Of a DNA stretch of 64,000 nt, positions 55,022-64,000 are shown piece by piece (position 1 is the first letter of the stretch; every line of letters begins with the position of its first letter). Where the stretch lies: contig JBHGNT010000005.1 in NCBI GenBank assembly GCA_043228905.1, positions 17,360,001 to 17,424,000 of the forward strand. The letters are read 5' to 3'. This DNA comes from Azolla caroliniana. Lineage: Eukaryota; Plantae; Polypodiophyta. The notes below the pieces were generated by a model, which was not told the origin of the DNA, ran no database searches, and saw only the letters and a program-made list of their open reading frames with translations. Position numbers and translations under genes: made by a program.

Positions 55022-58000
55022 TGTTGCCAGCCGATTAGGCTCTTCCGTTCATCTTTGTTTTGGCTGAGTGCCACTCAAGCCTCCCTCTGGCTCTCGTGGG
55101 TATTCCTTCGCCAGTTCCCGATGCTCCTCCTTTCGGTTGTTTCATTTCTTATTAAAACATCGATGGATCTTGTATCCTTGTTGGCGGCGATCTCCGTAAT
55201 CCCCGCGTTGATCCTCTCCCCTTTGTTGAATACGAGTGTATAATGGCCGTATTCACATTGTCCCTTTGGACAGCCCAAGTTTGGGCCATTTCTGTAAATA
55301 GCATAAAGGGCAGTTGCCCTAGGATAGTCACTATATATAGTGACTTTGTAACCTTTAGTGAAGGTTGGTTGTCATTTGTAATTGTTGCTATTAGAATATA
55401 CCGTTTCCTTTGTGCCTCTCTCTCTCTCTCTCTCTCTCCCTCTGTGTCTATCTTGCTCATGTATACACAGGTTCTTCATCACGAATGTTGCTTGCACTTC
55501 CGCATTGACGACGTTGTCCACAACATTTGGTATCAGAGCGTTGGAGGTTCTTCAACCCGTTGCCAGCAGTCATCGTACAACACAACATTTTGTTTTCGTT
55601 TTCTTTGAAGAACAGAGAAGGGAGAAGAAAAAACAAAAAGCTCTCATCTCACTGTGTTAAATCACAAATTGGAGTAAGCTAGTCAGTTGTACTCTATTCC
55701 TGTGATTGTAACCGCTTGAGGGGAGCTCCTTGAGCAACAATCGACCCAATCGTGCTTCATTCGGTTAAACAACATCCGAATAGGTCACCGGACGCTATTC
55801 ATCCGCTTGTTGTAACCACCCATTGCAGATTGGTCTCCTGGCAACAACCATTCCGTGCTTCAATCGGCTGATCGACATTTGGGAGGATCAGTTGGATCCG
55901 TCCCTCACATCGTTGCAGTCATCCGAAGCAGAATCGGCCCAAACAATCGGTTTCGTGTAATCGGTATTCAGGATACAATCGGAAGCTAACCAGGCTCACT
56001 CCGACTCGGCAACATTCGGGAAGACCAGCCAGTTCTATCCCTCAAGTTATGTTGAGAGACAAGCTCAACATTTGTGCGTAATACGATGCGTAACTAGTGT
56101 GTAGACTGGGTGCGTAAACTCGGTACGCATAACATGGTCGTAGCGGTGCGTAAACCGTGAGGCCGTTAGAAAGATATTCCTCGTAAGGAATAGTTTTGGG
56201 AGTATGTGTCGAGGCTCATTTATGAGCAGTCGAGTACTGTTAGTACTTGTGTCAGCCCAATTGTCATGGCTTGTATAAAAGTGCTCACTGAGCACATCCT
56301 ATGTACAGATTGAGTATTATTTTTTAATTAAGTTCTGTGTTTACTCTCTCTCTGTCTCTCCCGTGCGTATTGTGCAAACCTAAGCTTTCCATTAAACCTG
56401 CGTTTTTTGTTCAGTTTTCTATATTGCTTCTGCACGCAATTCTTTTCAAGTTACCAGAGTCACTCCGAGCAAGTTCAGCAACAAGTATCCGAAACCAAAC
56501 CGACTCGGGTTCAAAACCGACTAGAACGATATCGGATGAGCCGACCGACTGCACCCCACTAAGGTTCGTAGTCAACTCCGAAACGAGTCTTACCAACCGA
56601 AACCGAAGCAGATGGCATCAACATCCGGCTCATCGGAGATAAGTCTAAGGAGGTTCGACGGTTCGAACTTCAACTTCTAGAAGGAACAAATGCATGACTA
56701 TCTCATAGTCAAGGGTCAGATAGACCTGATTGAGAATGAAAATCCTCCAGAAGCATACAAGGCAAATGAGTGGCTAAAGCTGGACAGAATCGTCCGCGCC
56801 ACGATTCGGATGCACTTGTCGGAGTCAGTGTACTTCACAGTGCAATCATGCACGACAACGTTTGAAATTTGGAAAACACTGTCGGAAACTTATGTAAAGA
56901 AGGTTGCCGCAACGAAGATGTATCTGATCCGGCGCCTCTACAACTTGCGGTTCAAGCACACCTCAACAAGTATGAAAGCATAAGCTCCCAAATCTCGTCT
57001 CAGGGGACGGTAATCGAGGATGAACTCAAAGCAATGATACTCATGAGTAGTCTCCCCTCTTCATGGGAAACTTTCATTACAACCGTGTGCAATGCTTCAA
57101 CAACTGTCGTTAAGTACTCCGAAGTCACGAGCGCAATCCTGACTGAAGCAGCTCGGAGAAAGTCTTTCGCCAAAGACTTTCCAGATGAAGCTTACGTAGT
57201 ACAAGGTTCGACCAACCGATCGAACAACCGGGGAAGAAGTTCTTCCCGACCACCGAACAATCAGCAAAGCCAGAGCAAGTCCCAGGACAACCGAATTTGC
57301 AACTATTGCAAGAAATCGGGACACATCAAAGTCGACTGTCTGGCACTCAAAGCAAAAAACAACAAAGCTCAGAGAGCGGATCAGAAGAGTAGCCGGCATG
57401 AGGAGGTCAACTACGAAGAGTCAAAATTTTGACGACCGACCCGAACATACTGTCCATAGAGAAACTAGTCGAATCAGAAGTTCTGCTTACGACTGAGGAA
57501 TCGAGCACATGGCTCCTGGACTCGGGCGCATCGTATCATGTGACACCTCACCGATCTCAGTTTTGGCAATACACGGACTGGTACTCCGACTCAGTTCGAG
57601 TTAGAAACGCACAACATTGTGCTATAATCGAAATCGGCACCGTAGAGCTCAAACTTCCGGGTTGCTCTACACTCATACTACACAACATCCGACACGTTCC
57701 TGAGCTATCAAGACCCTTGATCTCATTCGGACAACTTGACGAAGCCGGCATCTATGTCGGGTTCTCATCAGGAGGGTGGACACTCCATAAAGGGAACCTC
57801 CTGCTTGCTCGAGGACCCAAGTTACACTCTTTGTATCCTTTATATGTCACGCTCAAAGAGGGTGACTTATTTCTGGTTGATATCCCTGTGTCATCGTTAT
57901 GGCATGGACGACTTGGACACCTCAGCAAGGCTGGCATAACGCACCTATCCAGAGCCGGTTACATCCCCAAGCTCTCCTTCTCGGATCACCAATTCTGCGA

Positions 58001-60729
58001 GCATTGCTAGTATAGCAAACAGGTAGCCACATCACACCCGACATCAGCACCAAGAGAATCGAGCCCCCTCGATTTAGTCCACTCGGACGTCTGTGGCCCG
58101 ATGCCACATCAATCTCTCGGTGGTGCTTCGTACTTCGTCAGTTTCATTGACAACTCGACTCGGAAGGTGTGGGCTTATCCCATCCGAACCAAAGATCGAG
58201 TGTTATCAATCTTCTCTGAATGGCTTGCAATGGTCGAAAATCAGACCGGTCGGAAACTGAAATGTCTCCGAACCGACAATGGAGGAGAATTCAAGTCTAA
58301 AGAATTCGTCAAATTCTGCCAGGAACACGGCATTCGACGTGAATATATGGCACCCTATAGTCCAGAGCAGAACAGAATTGTTGAACACATGAATCGAACG
58401 ATTCAAGAACGCGTAGTATCCATGCTCCAACACTCCGGACTGTCGGATGGCTTCTGGGCGGAGGCTCTACTTACGGCAGTACACATAATAATTATGTCGC
58501 CAAGTAGACCTCTAGGACTCCAAATACCTCAGGAAATATGGACCGGCAGTAAGCTGAATTATGACAAACTGAGGATCTTCGGTTGCGAGGTGTATGCTCT
58601 CATACCGAAAGACGACCGCCGGAAACTCGCACCAAGGTCAAGGAAATGTGTTTTTCTTGGATATGGACCCGACGGCGAGATCGGATACCGACTCTGGGAC
58701 CCCGAGCACAGACAAATCGTCCGAAGTTCGGACGTCGTGTTCAACGAGTCGGCTATGCATAAAACGGCCGAAAGGCCTATTGAAGTTTGAAGGGTAATAT
58801 TTTCCGAAGTGCCAACCCTTCATGACAGCCCAGCCCACAACACGAGATCGGTTTCACGGGTAACCGAGAACTCTCACACCGAATCCCCCAATTCGGCACA
58901 GCCGAATGGCTCGGCTCCCGACCATCCGACATTGACACCCGGTGCGACTAGTCCAGTCATACCTCACAGATCCAAGAGACTATCGCAACCTCCCGAGAGG
59001 TACTCTCCCGGAATTTTCTTTACCGACGTCTTACGAAGAAGCATCGGCATCTACCGATTCAGCCACATGGCATCTAGCGATGGAGTCGGAAATGCACTCC
59101 ATTCGGGCAAAAAAGACTTGGGACTTGGTCGAATTACCAAAGAATCGACATGCTTTTCCATGTAAGTGGGTCTATCGACTAAAAGAGACGTCTGACTCGA
59201 CCACCCCAAAGTACAAGGCCAGATTAGTTGCGAAGGGATTTAGACAAGAACATGGCGTCGACTTCGACGAAATCTTTTCACTAGTGGTGAAAATGACGAC
59301 CCTCCATTTCATGCTCAACTTCATGGCCGCCGACAACTTGGAGTTGATTCAGCTAGATGTAAAAGCGGCATTCCTCCATGGTGACCTATAGGAGGAAATC
59401 TATATGGAGCAGCTAAAAGGTTTTGTGGTATCCGGCCAGGAACATCTAGTCTGCTGACTCATGAAGAGTTTATACGGCCTGAAATAGGCACCCCAACAGT
59501 GGTACAAGAAGTTCGACGACTTCATCCAATTGGTCGGCTTCTCCAAGAGCGATGAGAACCACTGTCTCTTCACCAAAACAGCTCAAGATGGGTCTCTCGT
59601 CTTCTTCATCATCTACGTGGACGACATGCTACTCTCCGGTCGGCATGCCGAAGAGCTCACCGAACTCGTTCGGCAACTATGGCTGAAGTTTGCCATGAAG
59701 AACCGCGGTCCGGCAAGACACATACTTGGTATGAAGATTAGTCGGTATCGCGATACACGACAACTTTTCTTGTCTCAAACCGACTACATCAGACGTGTCT
59801 TAGAACGCTTCAACATGCAATAGGCCAAGTCTGCTTCGACCCCGCTCCCCATTAACCTTCGGCTGTCTCAGCAAGATTGTCCGACACCCGGTCCGGAGGG
59901 GGAAGATATGAAGTCAGTACCGTATGCACCGGCAGTCAGCTCCCTCATGTACGCGATGGTCGCGACACGGCCTGATATTTCTCACGCCGTATGAGTCGTC
60001 AGCAGATTCATGCACAACCCCGGCCGATCACACTAGAACGCAGTCAAGCATGTGTTCAGATATCTAGCTGGCACAAAAGACCACGACATTCTTTTCGGCC
60101 TGAACTCAACCTTAGGCGTAGTCGGTTACACTGACTCGGACTTCGCCGGCTATGTGGACAGTCGGAAATCAACAACCGGATATTGTTTCAAATTCAGCAA
60201 TGGAACAATCTCGTGGAAGTCAAAACTTCAAGAGTGCACGACCACCTCAACGACCGAAGCAGAATATGTAGTTGTGTCCGACGCGGCAAAAGAAGCTTTA
60301 TGGCTCAGTCGGCTAGCGCACACGTTTCGATAGGTCGACTCCGACTCGGCTCCAGTTGTCTACAGCGACAGTTGGGGTGTTGTTGCTTTGTCAAAAAATC
60401 CAATTCACCACAACGCCTCTAAGCATATCGACGTTCAATATCACTTCGTTCAGGACTGCGTCATTTCAGGGAAAATCGGTCTCGAGAAGATATCCTAAAC
60501 TGATAATGTCGCAAATGGAATGACCAAGTGCCTTTCGGTGGATCGTTTCCGGTCCCTTCGGCACCAGATGGGCGTAATGAAAAATCGGTTTGATTAAAGT
60601 CGGACACACAGCACAGGATGGTTTCGGACCACCGACATCGATTCTCTTAGGATCGGCTTCAGCCCTTCCGACCCGATCGATTCGGTCCTCTGTCTTCGGA
60701 TCTTGTCGACTCTGACAAAACTGATCTTG
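55022..60729 (+). mobile_element. Ty1/copia element lacking its 3' LTR, degenerate
   Basis: 5' LTR 55022-55525 and PBS TGGTATCAGAGC at 55528-55539. Gag CCHC, LDSGAS, HSDVCGP, LRTDNGGE, YVDDML and YTDSDFAG motifs. Confidence 0.9.
56050..56448 (+). mobile_element. solo LTR (399 bp) in the copia leader
   Basis: TGTTGAGAGACAAGCTCAAC...TTTTCA, TSD AGTTA. Confidence 0.75.
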
Positions 60730-62789
60730 TCAGATCTTGTCGCTATACCGGACATCCTGTACAGGTCGGTAACACTCGTCTCGATGCCAACGTTCTTCTT
60801 CCTCTTCCCAGTCGTTGCGGGTATCGATTTGTCTTACATGTGCCGCTTGCCAGTTCAGTAGGCTATATTCGCATCGGTCCATTGTGTGCGACTTGGAATG
60901 ACATAACATGCATTGTGATCGCATGGTACATTCTATTGCAGAGTGCCCAGCATTGAGACAAGTCGTACATTGTATAGCTTGTCGAAAATGTAGGTCTTCT
61001 TCTGTTGGTAATGTACGTTGGAGTGCCCCCACTATTAGCCCCGAGTTCATTTTCTCCATCTCCCTGACCCGGTCTATGACATGGTCGATCGTGCTAGTGT
61101 GAAAATCAATGAATGCGCACAACGTACGCAGGGGTTCCTGGAGTGCTGCTAGGAATATTGCTTTAGCCTCTGCTTCTTGTGGTGCCCGACTTAGCTGGTT
61201 GTGCATCCGCTGGAACCAGATTACGAATTGTTGAATGGTTTCTATAGGTTCTTCCTGTATGGTGTAGAATAGGCCGACCATCTCTCATTGATCCATCTCC
61301 TTGTTGAAGAATTGTAAAAATCTGGTTTTCAAGTCCTCAAACGTAGTGATGGTGCCGGGAAGGTGCGTCAAACGCCATCGCGCGGTTGGTCCTTCCAAAG
61401 TCATGCCAAACTCTGCGATCTTCGATCGTTCTGCTTCGGCGGCGTTCAAGCGTTGCAACACATGGTTTGCTTCCCATGTTTGTAGAAATGCATACACATG
61501 GGCTTCTACGTCTAGATCATCCCGGTACTTGGGATATTGGAAAGGCATATTGTCATCCGGTGTCGGAACTCAAGGTGGTGGTGACGGAGGTCTCTCCCCC
61601 TCTTCTGTTGGAGGCGGTGTCAGAGGTTTTTCCTCCTCTTTTGTCGGAGGCGGTGTATGAGGTCTTTCCTCCTCTTTTTTCGGCGTTGAAGGTCTTCCCT
61701 CTTCCTCCTTCGGAGGCCCACGTGGTACTGTCGGAGGTCGATCCGCCTCGTGCCTTCTTGAAGCTTCTAGTTCTGTTATCGCTGGTTATGGTGTCAGTAT
61801 ATTATCCAATACCTCGTCCTCCGGTCCGTCCGGGGTGTCGTGATTGTTGTGGTAATTCGAATGTACGTTGTAAAACGCCGAAAATGGTTCTGAATCGCCT
61901 TCTCCCGGTGCTAATGCTTGTAGGATGGATTCCACTTCTCTTAGACTACTTAAACTGCTTCCTTCGTCTGGATGGGGATTTTGCTGCACACGGAGTGACT
62001 CCGCGGCCACTCGCTGGATCACCTTTGAAAAGGATCGATCCGCGCGGATTTCTTCCACCGCCTAGTGGTACGCTTCGTGCTTCCGCAGTCTTTCGGCAAG
62101 TCGTCTCGCTCGCTCTGTTGCTGGGTCGTTTGTTGGTCTAGTCATCCATGCCCCCCGTTGTTCACTGCGCTTGAGTAGGAATCGTGGTCGCCAAAAATTG
62201 TGTTACTCCTTGGGCAGGACTAGCCCTAACACAGAGTGTCCCTCTAGGACACTTCACCAAAGGGTGGTGCAAGTGGGGTAGGCGTAGACCGTGATACAAA
62301 CGTATTCCTAACCGGCTATTAGCTAGCATGGTAAATGATCTCAATACACGTGTAAGATAGATTCTATTAAGCACAGAACGGTAATTAACTAAAGCTTCAA
62401 AGATTAAACAAGATATAGAACAACAATACTCTCATTAATAAACCGCTAATTGATTACAATCTAACCGGGTCCTTTTATAGGTCACCGGCTTTGGGTACGA
62501 ACCGGTCCGGATCTGAATCGGCATACTGAATCCGTGTCCATCCGTTCGATTCTCAAAATATAATAATTATAGATAGTTCTAAAATAAATATCCCTTTCCC
62601 ATTCTGGACTTTATTCGGCTTGTAAGTCTTTGTCGGTCAACACCGTCCGATTTGGATAAAAAAGAACACACAAAAAAAATTGTTGTTGGAGGTCGCCCAA
62701 CTTTGACACCTCGGTCACCCAACCACATCTGCTTGCCCAACTCTGGTCGTTGTAGGTTGGGCGACCTGATTATAGGTTGGGTGACCTGA

Positions 62790-63430
62790 TTAAAAAACTT
62801 GAGATCCAACAAAAACTGGAGTACTACTTGACATCAAAAACTTGAGATAAACAACAAAAACTTGAGTATTACTTGACATCAAGAACTTGAGATACATAAC
62901 AAAAACTTTAGTACTACTTGACATTAAAAACTTGAGATCCAACACAAACTTAAGTACTTCTTGACATAAAAAACTTGAGATAAACAATAAAAACTTGAGT
63001 ACTACTTGACATCAAAAACTTGAGATAAACAACAAAATACATCAAAAACTTGAGTACTACTTGACATCAAAAACTTGAGATCCAACAAAAACTTGAGTAC
63101 TACTTGACATCAAAAACTTGAGATCCAACAAAAACTTGAGACAACACTTGACATAAAAAACTTGAGTACTGCTTGACATCAAAAACTTGAGTACTACATG
63201 ACATCAAGAACTTGAGATAAATAACAAAAACTTGAGTACTACTTGACATCAAAATCTTGAGATCCAACAAGAACTTGAGACAACACTTGACATAAAAAAC
63301 TTGAGATAAACAACAAAAACTTGAGACAACACTTGACATCAAAAACTTGAGATAAACAACAAAAACTTGAGACAACACTTGACATCAAAAACTTGAGATA
63401 AACAACAAAAACTTGAGATCCAACACTTGA
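62790..63430. repeat. degenerate satellite of AAAAACTTGAG / TACTACTTGACATC modules
   Basis: About 30 AAAACTTGAG cores, with a higher-order period of roughly 43 bp. Confidence 0.9.
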
Positions 63431-63774
63431 ATTGAAAATGGATAGATATTCCATTAATAAGGTTATTCAATATACAATATGTGGCATTTTTTCCGTATAC
63501 AAAATACAAAAAAATTTACAAAATCCGTCGTATACACAATTTACAAAATCTGGAGTATACAAAATTTACAAAATCCCCCCACCCTACGCAACTGGAAATC
63601 CTAGTACCCTTCATGCCCACCCTGCAACCTGAATCTGAAGGGAATCCACGTCATATTTGGTGAACCACATACTCTATGCCTTGTCACCAAATACGTATAA
63701 GAAGAAAATTTACAAAATCCGCATGAGACATCCATTTGCAATCACACTTACAATCTGGAGATATCCATCATCAT

Positions 63775-64000
63775 AAAAACTCATCGACCAACATCTGTAT
63801 AGTCTTCATCATGTAAAAGCCATAATCCCAACCATTTGGTTGAGTTGGGATGTGCATTGTCAACCCTCCAACACAATGGTGTGATCTTCTGTAGCACTAG
63901 AAATTGTCCGATCGCAATATCTACAAGACTCCGTAAGGTGTAAGTCGCCTTGTTGTTCAGTGGATCAGAGAAGACTATTGTGCTTGTTAGCTTAGAAACT
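63775..64000 (-). pseudogene. possible Ulp1/C48 protease remnant
   Basis: Minus strand reads IVFSDPL and, in a shifted frame, IPTQPNGWDYGFYMMK (compare the PxQxNxxDCG motif, Cys to Tyr). Confidence 0.4.

Larger units (their letters stand above)
49445..62145 (-). pseudogene. gag-pol of the old gypsy (49445-55021 and 60730-62145), fragmented
   Basis: Fragments of gag, PR (IIDGGSGVN), RT, RH and IN homologous to the 1938-aa ORF, with many stops. Confidence 0.88.
31955..62642 (-). mobile_element. old Ty3/gypsy element (same family as 37162-46960) expanded to 30.7 kb by nested insertions
   Basis: Related LTRs 31955-32431 and 62201-62642, TSD CTGTC/CCGTC, PBS 62193-62184. Gag, pol and ORF2 fragments are collinear across the inserts. 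Confidence 0.85.

Noticed and set aside
610-63663. numerous short antisense and microsatellite-derived ORFs in the track
   Set aside because: They are shadows of GC-rich transposon ORFs or translations of (TC)n/(AC)n and satellite repeats.

Overview
This is a transposon-saturated eukaryotic window, probably from a non-seed land plant such as a fern (inferred from the plant-type RPS20/PABN retrocopies, plant tRNA-type primer sites and element types). It contains no intact host gene, only two processed pseudogenes. Nest 1 (3.3-24.9 kb) has three layers. A (TC)n-flanked RTE-X-like LINE is split by a Penelope-like element with no visible endonuclease (25-bp TSD, poly-A, minimal hammerhead motif). 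That element is split in turn by an apparently intact 11.76-kb Sola2-like DNA transposon (25-bp TIRs, AGAT TSD). The transposon carries a spliced DDD transposase, a six-exon RING-like gene and an FCP1-like pseudophosphatase ORF, and its two largest introns are arrays of the palindrome AGCTAATTAGCT. Nest 2 (32-62.6 kb) is an old Ty3/gypsy element containing a pol-less LTR element with a tRNA-Trp primer site, a very young intact Ty3/gypsy, a truncated Ty1/copia and solo LTRs. The most striking observation is that this gypsy family has no polypurine tract. In its place, 2 nt from the 3' LTR, is an inverted tRNA-Arg-type primer-binding site conserved in two diverged copies, suggesting both DNA strands may be tRNA-primed. 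All family assignments come from motif recognition by eye; no database searches were run.
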